60,961 bases of DNA, filler included, from Globobulimina sp. (GCA_003354225.1; 14 parts of 14 records of this genome joined end to end with filler, not necessarily neighbours in it); one strand, 5' to 3'. Numbered from the whole stretch's first letter, positions 11,701-21,834 are shown. A program made the numbers and translations. The notes: generated by a model from the sequence alone, not told the origin.

Positions 11701-13005
11701 ATATTTCATGTTGGAATTTGGTGACATCCACAATGCCGCCGGCAATATCAAATAAAGTGTACATTGTCGAAGTAGAAACACTGAAATTTAATTCCGGCAA
11801 AATACCCAAGATAAATAACCGCGGTTTGTCATCTTTTTTAATTAGATCCGTATTCGACATATATCGATGAATAGTAATATCAAAGCAAAACGAGTCAATA
11901 ATCTTATGTCCGGCGGCATTCTCTCCTTTTTTTATAAATTCCACAATATTTTCATACACAATCAACGAACAATTGTCTTGTTTTAGTAATATCGTATCAT
12001 ATTTATGCGGATTTTGCCGTACAATATCAAATGGGGACTGTAACGAGGACGGTATGCGTCTCTCTAATTCATTACCATCCGAAATGGAACCGATTGTATG
12101 TGTATGTGCTAAATTATTACTGCTCTGACTCTTTCTTATATCGCTCGTAGGTGAATGTTGCAGTGATATGGGCACAGATTTGGAGGCAGCGGAGCTTATT
12201 TTGCGTGGTTTGACGGGCAATTCATTACTAATCCGAAAGGAATCAATACTGGCTACCAATAATTTGGATTGCTGACTCTGTGAACTCTCAGGAATGATAA
12301 AGATGCAGTTATCACATTGTACGCTGATTTCATGCCTTCCGCGGTATACCAAGGCACTCATTAACTGCTGCTGTCCGCGTTTACTCCATGACTTAGCTAA
12401 TCTGTTGCGCACCGACGCATTGCTCATATTACTGATGTTAGACACATCCGATATGGCCGATAATGCCGGGCTTATATCCGGTGTTCCTATGCCTACTTCA
12501 ATATGTTGCATGTTCTGTGCATGTGCATTCATATGGGAGATATCAAAGAATTTCTGAATCTTTTTAATCCATTCGATATTCCATACAAATTGTATCGGTG
12601 CGATATTAATCGCACAACGCGAGTCTGCGGTGGTCGATAATGGATTCGATTCAAACTCAATTTGTATCAAATCATCAGCGGCAAATGGCGACGGCACATA
12701 TTCCGAATCATAGCCTGCTAAAAACGCTATTTTCTGTACAGGCGACAAATCCGCATCGATATCGATATCCAATGGGTTATTAATGATGTTATTGCTCGAT
12801 ATTATCGATTGGAATATATCATGCTGTTCATTCTCGATATTATCAAACGACGATTTTAAGTCTAAACTCTGCAAAGAAACACCCACCAAATGACTGCGTG
12901 GCCGAATCTGAAACTGTAGCTTGGACGTAATGGTCAGCGATGCAATGATGTTCTCTTCGTATAAATTGATACAAATCAAATTGAATATCAATCCAAATCG
13001 ATACC
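8739..13005 (-). CDS. VPS13-like bridge lipid transfer protein, internal fragment
   Basis: Repeating beta-groove motifs (NPVLIIP...DLGSVSIQN, LQSLFVED, LGNLHVCD, MNSIKVVY). The two long ORFs join in frame through a 53-nt GT-AG intron at 11098-11046. Confidence 0.75.
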
Positions 13006-13105
13006 NNNNNNNNNNNNNNNNNNNNNNNNNNNNNNNNNNNNNNNNNNNNTTAATTAATTAANNNNNNNNNNNNNNNNNNNNNNNNNNNNNNNNNNNNNNN
13101 NNNNN

Positions 13106-13325
13106 ACGAGTAAAAAGTCAGGCCGGATGCAGAATTCTTTGAAGAGTGAAAAATCTTGCCGGATATGGCATCATCCAGTTCCTGAGCGAATATCACATAT
13201 TCTTCAGTAGACAGCCTTGAACCATCAGTTTCTTCTGGACGTATATTAAAATTATCTTTATCCTTGAGCCAAGCTTGAATTTGTCCTGCAATTTGTTCTC
13301 TGTCACTCAAATTCGTATTACGCAT
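13106..13325 (-). CDS. Hypothetical protein, runs off the contig edge
   Basis: ATG ORF divergent from the + strand cluster. Confidence 0.4.
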
Positions 13326-13456
13326 ACGCTTATGAGTATCACTAAAGGTGACTTTATATTATCAGTACCTTCCTCTAGAATGAACAGGGCAATCATATGT
13401 AAGGAATGCCTCACTAAACTTATAGTACAATTAATTAACCCTTAAAGGAGTAAACA

Positions 13457-13645
13457 ATGAAAGTAACAGATAAAAACACGTACTACAAAGTAACAGTAGA
13501 ATATGAACAGGATAAACACGTTACTGTCTCATATTATCCTGGTTGGGGTATTGACGATTATATGTATGGTGGTGGGTTATACCGGCAACTATCAGAAGAA
13601 ACACGAAAAGAAATCCTGAAATTATTAAAGAAAGAATGTAAATGA
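13457..13645 (+). CDS. Phage hypothetical protein
   Basis: Strong RBS AAAGGAG 6 nt before ATG; tightly coupled to the next ORF. Confidence 0.7.
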   Translation: MKVTDKNTYYKVTVEYEQDKHVTVSYYPGWGIDDYMYGGGLYRQLSEETRKEILKLLKKECK

Positions 13646-13980
13646 AATACCCAGAAGTTAACAGAGAACTAATCGATGAATTTAGAAAAATTGTAGGCGG
13701 CATTCCTATTATCTATTGTAAGGAAGCTCTAAAGAAAACTAATGGGAATTTCAATGCGGCTATTGATTATATTAAAATCATATATCCTAATCTTAGAGTT
13801 AGATACGGAAACCCACCTATATACAAATACACAATCACCATAGAATGGGAAAATAACCCTAAATGCACTCGTACCAAAATTGTAACAACTGAATATAGGC
13901 AAATAGATACAGCAATCTATAAATGTCTCATAGACTATGAACACGAAAATATATCTAAAATTATAGAAGAAGAATTATAA
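13642..13980 (+). CDS. Protein with an EF-Ts N-terminal (UBA-like) domain fused to an unknown C-terminal domain
   Basis: ELIDEFRKIVGGIPIIYCKEALKKTNGNFNAAIDYIK resembles the EF-Ts N-domain pattern [28 protein letters not shown]..LR. Confidence 0.7.
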   Translation: MKYPEVNRELIDEFRKIVGGIPIIYCKEALKKTNGNFNAAIDYIKIIYPNLRVRYGNPPIYKYTITIEWENNPKCTRTKIVTTEYRQIDTAIYKCLIDYEHENISKIIEEEL

Positions 13981-14021
13981 TGGTAGAACATATACGATTA
14001 TACGGAAAAGGAGAATAAGAT

Positions 14022-14279
14022 ATGACGCCGAATGATTTAGAAATATTAATCCACTGTTATTGTAGCCGTGAAGAGCATCCAAGGTATAATGCTCCAGCGG
14101 TTCAAGAGACATACTTAAACTTTGAGAAAGACGGAGTAATTAAAAGTACCGAAGGCATATACTCAACTACTGAGTTAGGCGAGGCATGGCTTTCGATGAT
14201 ATTGGGAACACCTAAACCTAAACCTAAACACGTATGGATAGATCCAAGAACAAGTAAAGAAGTAAGATCAATCAGGTGA
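14022..14279 (+). CDS. Phage hypothetical protein, possibly winged-helix-like
   Basis: RBS AAGGAG. The segment GVIKSTEGIYSTTELGEAWL resembles wHTH wing motifs. Confidence 0.6.
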   Translation: MTPNDLEILIHCYCSREEHPRYNAPAVQETYLNFEKDGVIKSTEGIYSTTELGEAWLSMILGTPKPKPKHVWIDPRTSKEVRSIR

Positions 14280-14641
14280 TAGGAATGAGAAACAGTACAA
14301 TGAAACTTAAAGAAGAATTAGAACTAGATATAAAGATAGTTTTAACAGACTATTATGAAATCATTAAAGATGACTACATCAGTCATTATTTAAAAAATAA
14401 AGCATCAACGGATATAATTAATCTATTAAATAAAATTAACATTAGACATGATATGATCATGGACGATTGTAGTATTCAATGTAGAGCAATAGGTTGTCCG
14501 AAAAATGGGGGTATCATCATTGTAGACATTTTCTTTAGAATAGATAAAGAGAAAAATAAACGTACTATTAAATACACTGGCTTGAAAATACCACCCGAAT
14601 CAATTACATTTAAATCACAGAACAATGTAACATGGACGTAG
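14276..14641 (+). CDS. Phage hypothetical protein
   Basis: ORF within a tightly coupled cluster; start codon uncertain. Confidence 0.55.
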   Translation: MIGMRNSTMKLKEELELDIKIVLTDYYEIIKDDYISHYLKNKASTDIINLLNKINIRHDMIMDDCSIQCRAIGCPKNGGIIIVDIFFRIDKEKNKRTIKYTGLKIPPESITFKSQNNVTWT

Positions 14642-14651
14642 GACGAACACA

Positions 14652-14879
14652 ATGACAGTATTAACTAGAAACCTCATATACGAACTACTAGAAGATTACG
14701 ATTTCAAATCATGTCCCAATTGCGATGGTAGAGGATATATTGATAAACCCAAACCTAATCAAAGATTTATAAAACCAGATACAAGTCCAATATTAACACA
14801 AGCAGGAATCCATAGATTCGAATGTACTCTTTGTGGAAACTTTGGTGGCTTTTTTGTTAAAAGGAGAGAGGATGAGTAA
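14652..14879 (+). CDS. Small DnaJ-type zinc-finger protein
   Basis: CPNCDGRG and CTLCGNFGG (CxxCxGxG-like) motifs. Confidence 0.65.
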   Translation: MTVLTRNLIYELLEDYDFKSCPNCDGRGYIDKPKPNQRFIKPDTSPILTQAGIHRFECTLCGNFGGFFVKRREDE

Positions 14880-15114
14880 TACAATGCAAATAACTTTAAA
14901 AGAATGTCAAGCGAAAGCTCAAGAATACTGTTTTGATCCAGTTACGTTTGATGTATATTTTCCTAATGGTAAAATGAAATGTCAATGGTTAGATTCGGCG
15001 TTTGGGTTCTTCACTGTTGAAGGTTTAGACGGATTTATATCAATCCAACAAATTGATGAAATGTTTCCTGATGGAATTATGTGTGATAACTTTAAACATA
15101 AGGGAGATGAATAA
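14872..15114 (+). CDS. Phage hypothetical protein
   Basis: ATG at 14872 follows GGAGAGAGG and overlaps the previous ORF. Confidence 0.55.
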   Translation: MSNTMQITLKECQAKAQEYCFDPVTFDVYFPNGKMKCQWLDSAFGFFTVEGLDGFISIQQIDEMFPDGIMCDNFKHKGDE

Positions 15115-15411
15115 ATGAAAAAACAAACATGGTATCAGAAACTATTCTCCAAGGAACCGAAATACGAAATCGTACAATGGGAAACTGGCCTATACAGCCT
15201 TCGTAAGAATACCGCATTCGAACGCTCATACTACGATATGGATAACCAACGTCTTGGTTGTGAGTATTGGTGGTACGCTTATAAAAATATAGTTGAGACT
15301 TGCACTACTAATAACCTAGACCTACTCAGACAAGTTAAACAAGAACTAATCGAGAAAGATATATTCATCGAAAAAAGCACCAAACTTAGAAGAATTGTAG
15401 AGGATGACTAA
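15115..15411 (+). CDS. Phage hypothetical protein
   Basis: RBS AGGGAG; abuts both neighbouring ORFs. Confidence 0.6.
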   Translation: MKKQTWYQKLFSKEPKYEIVQWETGLYSLRKNTAFERSYYDMDNQRLGCEYWWYAYKNIVETCTTNNLDLLRQVKQELIEKDIFIEKSTKLRRIVEDD

Positions 15412-16055
15412 TGAAAACATGTAATAAATGTGGTATATGTAAAGAAATTACGGAATTCTATAAAAATAAAAGCTATAAAGATGGACATTTTAATACATGC
15501 AAAGAATGTATTAAAGCTAGAGCAATATTATATAAAAAGAATAATAAAGAGAAGATATCCGAATATAGGGAAACTAATAAAGAACAAATATCTGAATATT
15601 GGAAAGATTATAACAAGAATAATAAAGAGAAGATATTAAAATACAATAGAGAATATAATAAATTTAATAAGGACCGAATTCGGATATACCGTAGAGTATA
15701 TAGAAAAAATAGAATAAAAGAGGATGAACAGTTTAGATTAACACGCATAGTCAGATGTAGGCTATATATGATAATTAAAAGACGACCTAGAACTGGTAAG
15801 GCTATCACCGATTTAGGATGCTCTGTTGATTTTTTCGATGATTATATTGAATCTTTATTTCAAAATGGAATGTCGTGGGATAATTATGCTTCTTTTTGGG
15901 AATTTGATCATATTCGACCTATATCATCATTTAATTTAAAATTACCAGAACAGTTTAAAGCAGTTCAACATTACACCAATATACAACCCTTAACATCCGA
16001 ACAGAATCAAATTAAAGGATCTTCCTACGCCACTACAGAGGACGAGCAACTATAG
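15411..16055 (+). CDS. HNH/endonuclease VII-like homing endonuclease
   Basis: N-terminal KTCNKC..CKEC Zn ribbon, a Lys/Tyr-rich repeat linker, and a C-terminal MSWDNY..WEFDHIRP..HYTNIQPL...N..K motif. Confidence 0.8.
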   Translation: MKTCNKCGICKEITEFYKNKSYKDGHFNTCKECIKARAILYKKNNKEKISEYRETNKEQISEYWKDYNKNNKEKILKYNREYNKFNKDRIRIYRRVYRKNRIKEDEQFRLTRIVRCRLYMIIKRRPRTGKAITDLGCSVDFFDDYIESLFQNGMSWDNYASFWEFDHIRPISSFNLKLPEQFKAVQHYTNIQPLTSEQNQIKGSSYATTEDEQL

Positions 16056-16106
16056 AGCCATAGTAACCCCTTACTACAACCACTCATGGCTCCCTATGGC
16101 TCTATA
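16051..16106. repeat. 13-bp inverted repeat at the HNH stop codon
   Basis: TATAGAGCCATAG (16051-16063) and CTATGGCTCTATA (16094-16106). Confidence 0.7.
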
Positions 16107-16211
16107 TCGGACTTAAAATGGGTATATAACACAATTTTATACTGGGAATATTTTTCGTATATCAGTAATTTATTTTGTATATATAGAACTTTGGTGGGTA
16201 AGGGTTTTATC

Positions 16212-16253
16212 ATTTGGGTATTTAAATTGTAGAATTTGGGTATTTAAATTGTA
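16212..16253. repeat. 20-bp direct repeat, 2 copies
   Basis: ATTTGGGTATTTAAATTGTA at 16212 and 16234. Confidence 0.8.
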
Positions 16254-16375
16254 TTAAGGTGTTAGAAAAATTGTAGAATAATTTTACTTTATGCACCTCG
16301 CAAGCTCGGATAACCATACAACTAACTAGTTGAAAGGTAGATTTTGATTAGGAAGATAAAGTATAGTTATTATAC

Positions 16376-16430
16376 TAAGAAAATATGAGCGTGATACAAT
16401 CAAGTTAACCTTAGTGTATCACGCTCACAT
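16376..16430 (-). terminator. Probable intrinsic terminator of the minus-strand two-gene operon
   Basis: 13-bp stem TGAGCGTGATACA/TGTATCACGCTCA just after the stop at 16438, followed on the minus strand by TATTTTCTT. Confidence 0.6.
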
Positions 16431-16437
16431 AATTTGC

Positions 16438-16656
16438 TTATAATTCTGATTTAACTCGGTTGCGATACTCTTTTAAAGCCGTTTTATAATCGGGATAAAA
16501 AACTTGACCAATCACTCGGTTACCTTCAATGATACCCTGAACCATAAAAGAATCATTCAATTCATATAACTCTATGGTTATAGTTCTATATGATTCCTTA
16601 ACCATGCAGGATAAGCCTTTGATAATAACCTGTTCTAATAAAAAAATATTATTCAT
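16438..16656 (-). CDS. Phage hypothetical protein (72 aa)
   Basis: ATG at 16656 with an upstream GAGGT RBS, 1 nt after the stop of the previous ORF. Confidence 0.6.
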   Translation of the reverse strand: MNNIFLLEQVIIKGLSCMVKESYRTITIELYELNDSFMVQGIIEGNRVIGQVFYPDYKTALKEYRNRVKSEL

Positions 16657-16657
16657 C

Positions 16658-16792
16658 TTATAATACCTCATTCTTATTATTCGTAACGTGATCATGGAAT
16701 GATTCACAAGTTTTGTATTCTTTTGATACTGGCTTAAGCTTCATTGGACCTATTATCAAAACTACCGCTATTATTATCATTATTGTATACAT
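16658..16792 (-). CDS. Small membrane-anchored protein (44 aa)
   Basis: RBS AAGGGAG; hydrophobic N-terminus MYTIMIIIAVVLIIG. Below the ORF-track size cutoff. Confidence 0.55.
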   Translation of the reverse strand: MYTIMIIIAVVLIIGPMKLKPVSKEYKTCESFHDHVTNNKNEVL

Positions 16793-16832
16793 GTTTTATT
16801 CTCCCTTTATTTCGTCTTACACTTACTTATAT

Positions 16833-16849
16833 AGCAATGTCTATGCCAA
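16833..16849 (-). promoter_or_regulatory. Sigma54 (-24/-12) promoter
   Basis: The minus strand reads TTGGCATAGACATTGCT, which is TGGCAY-N5-TTGCW with exact spacing, about 40 nt upstream of the ATG at 16792. Confidence 0.65.
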
Positions 16850-16879
16850 GTGTATAATTCCACTATATAACATCTACTA

Positions 16880-16924
16880 CCTAATATTATTAGGTTAAAA
16901 TCAATATAACCTAATAATATTAGG
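16880..16924. promoter_or_regulatory. Two 15-bp palindromes CCTAATAWTATTAGG, 30 bp apart
   Basis: Copies at 16880-16894 and 16910-16924, with a further half-site TATTAGG near 16961. Confidence 0.6.
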
Positions 16925-18461
16925 CAATCATATCATATTCTCTAGGTTAGGGCTGAAGAATATTAGGTTGTCTCTATTTAGGGATACAAAACGGTTATAT
17001 AAGTCAATAAAACCGTAATATTAGAATTGTAGTGTCTTCAATAGGGGAGACAATACGGGTATAATTGGGTTATATGTTAGGGTAGTGTATTGGGTAGGGG
17101 AGACTGTATAACTGGTTTAGAATATGGTTATATGTTGGTATAGTTGAGTTGTAGAATGATTGTATAACTATATAACTGTGCATAATGCCTCACAAGTTCG
17201 GATAGTACCATTTGAATATACAATCATATTACAATACAGTTATACTTCTTTATATCCTTATATATGTCTATATAGTTGAATACCTGAATTCCTATTGAAT
17301 TATATGTTTTTATGGTTTACTGTGTATAGTGTATATACACAAGGTTTTAAAAATTGTAATTGTTTGGGATTNNNNNNNNNNNNNNNNNNNNNNNNNNNNN
17401 NNNNNNNNNNNNNNNTTAATTAATTAANNNNNNNNNNNNNNNNNNNNNNNNNNNNNNNNNNNNNNNNNNNNGCTGTTATCTTTCCCAAAAAATAAGCAGG
17501 CAAATTCCTAATGCTAATTCCATGCATGTATGTTAGTGAAGTACTTTGTGTAAAAATATAAAGCAGTTTAAAGGAACTTTTTTTCTTTTTTTCTTTTTTC
17601 CAAATAAATCCAACTAGCTCCATATTAAGTAAACAAAACCCATGGGAAGCTCAAAAAATTTGCTTTTCCCAAGGGGATAAATACGAGATATTTAATACAG
17701 TTAATATGTTTTAATCTGTTTATAAATATAAATTTTATAATTTATAAATATGACAAACGAACACAATGTAATGCAATCATCATGAATGTTTTTATTATCA
17801 TTGTAATTATATTATGTATTCATTTATATTGATATTTTCCATTGGCATGATGAGGCATTCAATGCACATTCAGTTGACACATGTCTGATACACGCTGATT
17901 TGTTCACAGTGTTGAAAAGTTGGAGTACTAGCACACGAGCACTGAGCACTGGATAGTGTGTGAGCGTAGCTCTCAGTGAAATTGACTGATAAATAATTGT
18001 CAAATGTTGAATAGTGGTTTATTGCAACAAATAGCTAGGTTTGTTGTTTGACAGTGTTTGTATTTCATATTACTGTAACAAAAATTTAATAAATATAATA
18101 ACGGAATTTAATTTGTATTCAATGATGCCAATATATGCAATACCATGGATATAATTAAAATATTAAACACGATATGCAATGTAGGTATGATGTTATTCAT
18201 CATGTTAAATGTTAATTAATTGAAATTACGACCAACGTAAGTTTCAATTATTCTCAATATTGCAGAAACGCAGGTAATTATTCAAACCTAGGTGATGGAC
18301 CTAAGTAATTCAATTATGCCTAAAACTTAAGATTTCAAAAAAGTAGGATAAAAAGAACGCAGGTTGTGTTTTCAACGCACTTTTTGTGTCACAAAAAATA
18401 AACTTTGTTACTAAAAGCTCTACTTTCAGCTTGTAAAGATAGCAACGAGTTATTTCAAACT

Positions 18462-20693
18462 ATGCTGTGGAACAAAATAGGTAATGTTATTAGTGGGCCA
18501 AACAATGGACCTCAGAATGGTTTAGGAGGCATTTGGAGTTGGAATAATAATGGTAATTGGCAAGATTTTGACCCACAAGCATCCAAACAAATTGATGATG
18601 AACTACGAAATCAATGGAAAAATACAAAATCGACTACCATTTGTTTCCCAATTACAAAAGGGCCGTGGTTCTCACAATCCAAAAATATGGGTGTATATTT
18701 CTGTAATGTCAAATTAAATCATTCTAAAACTAAAATTAAAGGTGTTATGCAACAAAATACCAAAACTCAATTTGGGCGACAAATGAAAAGGTATATTTAA
18801 TTTGTAATTTGTTTCTATGCATTACTCACACAACAAAATAAAATAAAATAAAATAACCACACAGAACACCGTCTTTTCAGCTTTATCCACATCAAAATAA
18901 CAACAATAAAAATAAAAATAACAATAAATCGCGTCATCATAATAATCCTAATGTTTATCAGTATGGACATGGAGGAAAAGCACCTAATAACAATTCTAAA
19001 AAACATCAAAACACCAATACCCACGCAACCGTTAAAGTAACAACAAAGGGGCCAAATGGGACAAACACAACTTATATGACAACAAAACAAGCCAAACAAC
19101 ATGTTAATACCATTACAAATAACAGCAATTATCAGAAGACTCATCACCATAAATCTCATCATCAAAACACGCATCATAAGCATCCTAATTATAATACAGG
19201 AAATATGTACGGTAATAATAATAATAATATTAATCCATACAATGTACCAACCGCTCCATCGACCACCTATTTTGGTACTAATGTGATGGCGAATAATGGT
19301 GCACTGAGCAATGGCGATGGCTCTGTGTGTTGGTCGTGGAAAGATGATTATCAGTGGAAGGCATACGATCCATTCACCACGAAACAGATTGAGATGGCAT
19401 ACAATATAAATCAAAATAGTGTTATTTTAGATCAGGGCGCATATTTTGGTGCATCGCATCGTCGCGGAATATATATGATACAATTCAATAAACAAAATAT
19501 TCCGCATTCATTTGAACAAATTAATACATCCACAAGCTTTACAAGAAAAGTTGCGCGCACTGCAAAAAATAATAATAATAATAATCAAAGTAATAATCAA
19601 AATAATAAGCCATCTGTGACTGTCAACGATAATATTAATATGAATATTAAGAAAGATAAACATTTTAAATGGAGAGAATATTATCGTCCAATGACAATTG
19701 CTCATTTCAAGGTATTTACTTTGTAGTATGCGAGTATATAATGTTTTTAATAATAAATATGTGATAATTTGCAACATAAAGACGCTAAAAGATAAAGAGA
19801 AACTATGTAATATTTGTTTTGGTGATTTTGAAGAGAAAGAATTATTTGAAAATCAATGTCAAGAATTTAAACAATTGCTACAATTAAACGCCAGCAATGT
19901 TAATAGTAATAATAAGAATGATGATGATGGCGATTCGCAAATGTTGTTTGGAAGTAATGATTCTGACATTGATCAAATTGATAATATAAATGACAATGGC
20001 AATGATAATGATAATGAAGAAGGAAAAAAGGAGAATATGAAGCCAGTAAAATATGAAATGGGTAAAGATTTAGCAAATAAGATGGATGATGACACCATAA
20101 TTTATTTATCACAGTGTGGCAATACAGACCATTATTTTCATAGTGCGTGCATTGCGCGTTGGTTAGATGAGAAAGGGAAATGTTGCCATTGTCTGCAACG
20201 ATATGCGATCGAGACTGGTAACCAACCATCGACTGGACGGTTGAATTGGAGTTTATTGCGTTATCCATGTGCTAGTTTTGAGCAATATGGAAGCATAAAA
20301 ATATCGTTTGAATTTGATGGTGGTATACAAGGGGAAGAGCATTATCATCCAGGCCAAGCATATGAAGGTGATCATAGACTGGCTTTCTTACCAAATAATG
20401 TGCAGGGAAGACAGGCATTGGAATTAACTAAAATTGCCTGGAAAAGACGATTAATATTCTCCATTGGAGCATCATTAACAAATAAAAGAGAGAATAGAAT
20501 TGTTTGGGCATCAATACATTTTAAAACAAGACAAGAAGGCGGACAACAAAGACATGGATGGCCGGATGAAACATATTTTAATCGATTTAAAGAGGAATTA
20601 AAAGCAAAAGGTGTTACTGTCAATGATATTGATGATGAAGGATTGAATAATATTAAAAATGGATATCGCAGTAATTATGGCTCATATAAGTAA
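18462..20693 (+). CDS. Deltex-like E3 ubiquitin ligase (WWE-WWE-RING-DTC), 3 exons
   Basis: WWE1 (WSWNNNGNWQDFD) and WWE2 (WSWKDDYQWKAYD..IE), a RING-H2 (CNIC..C...H.FH..C...CCHC) and a DTC (GNQP..GGIQGEEH..PG..R.AFLP..IHFKT..GWPDETY). Introns at 18791-18864 and 19712-19781 restore the frame. Confidence 0.85.
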
Positions 20694-21047
20694 ACACTGT
20701 TTTTTTAAAGCTAAAGCTTAAAGTTTGTGCTGTTGTGCTTGTTGTTTTCATGATTTATAAATTTAGAATACTACCTTTTGGAAACACCACGTGTTTGAAC
20801 AATTTGAAATCCTATGGGATTTACATATGAAGTGCCAGGATAATGTATACAATTTCAAAAGTGTTTCTAAAGTATACAAAGAACGATGATATATAAATTT
20901 GAAAGGAAAAGAAAATCACTAATTCATGAACAGTACCATTTTATTCTTTATTTTTTTTTCACAGAGTCTATCGACTGGAAAAGAAAAACTATCAACAAAC
21001 TTTTCTTTACATTTTCTTTCATACAAAACACAAGTATTTTATAAACA

Positions 21048-21734
21048 ATGGTTAGAGAAATCGTTCATATTCAAGTTGGTCAATGTGGAAACCAGATCGG
21101 TAACTCTTTCTGGACAACAATGGGCGCAGAACATAAACTATCATCAGATGGGAAATTTAAAGGAAAAGTAGAAGAGAAAGACAGCAAATCACGATTAGAT
21201 AAAATTGATGTGTATTACCAAGAAGCAGCAGCAATGAGATTTGTACCGCGTGCATGTTTAGTTGACTTAGAACCGGGTATCATTGATGTTATTAAAGCAT
21301 CGCCAATGGGTCAATTATTTAAACCCGATAATATGTGTTTTGGTGCTTCTGGTTCCGGCAATAATTGGTTTGTTTGTTTGCTTTTTATCTTCATTCTACC
21401 CTAAATTGCATATATTATTCAGGGCAAAAGGTCATTATACAGAGGGTGCTGAATTAATTGATGAAGTGGTGGATATTATACGACGCGAAACAGAGGCATG
21501 TGATTGTCCGCAAGGCTTTCAATTAACGCAATCGATTGGTGGTGGTACAGGCAGTGGAATGGGTACATTGTTATTATTAAAAATCAGAGATAATTATCCA
21601 GACAGAATCACAGCAACTTTTAGTGTCTATCCATCGCCAAAAGTATCAGATGTTGTTGTCGAACCATACAATGCAACATTGTCTATTCACCAATTATTAG
21701 AAAATTCAGATGAGACATTTGTGATTGACAATGA
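21048..21734 (+). CDS. Beta-tubulin, divergent Retarian beta-2-like, runs off the contig edge
   Basis: [43 protein letters not shown] and [13 protein letters not shown]. Intron at 21368-21422. Confidence 0.92.
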
Positions 21735-21834
21735 NNNNNNNNNNNNNNNNNNNNNNNNNNNNNNNNNNNNNNNNNNNNTTAATTAATTAANNNNNNNNNN
21801 NNNNNNNNNNNNNNNNNNNNNNNNNNNNNNNNNN

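Larger units (their letters stand above)
13106..17371. mobile_element. Bacteriophage-like contig
   Basis: A run of short, intronless, co-oriented ORFs with Shine-Dalgarno motifs (AAAGGAG, GGAG, GAGG) and overlapping stop/start codons, plus hairpins. No virion hallmark gene is present. Confidence 0.75.

Noticed and set aside
16200..16260. CRISPR array
   Set aside because: Only two 20-bp copies with a 2-nt gap, no spacer-sized inserts and no cas genes.
13106..17371. Prophage or horizontal transfer into the eukaryote
   Set aside because: The contig is bounded by linkers and has no host-like flank.
17472..18400. Possible ncRNA or transposon end upstream of Deltex
   Set aside because: Only short inverted or direct words (CACTGAG/CTCAGTG, AACGCAGGT twice), which is too weak to call.
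18815..19414. 199-aa hydrophobic minus-strand ORF
   Set aside because: Antisense shadow of Asn/His-rich Deltex coding sequence.
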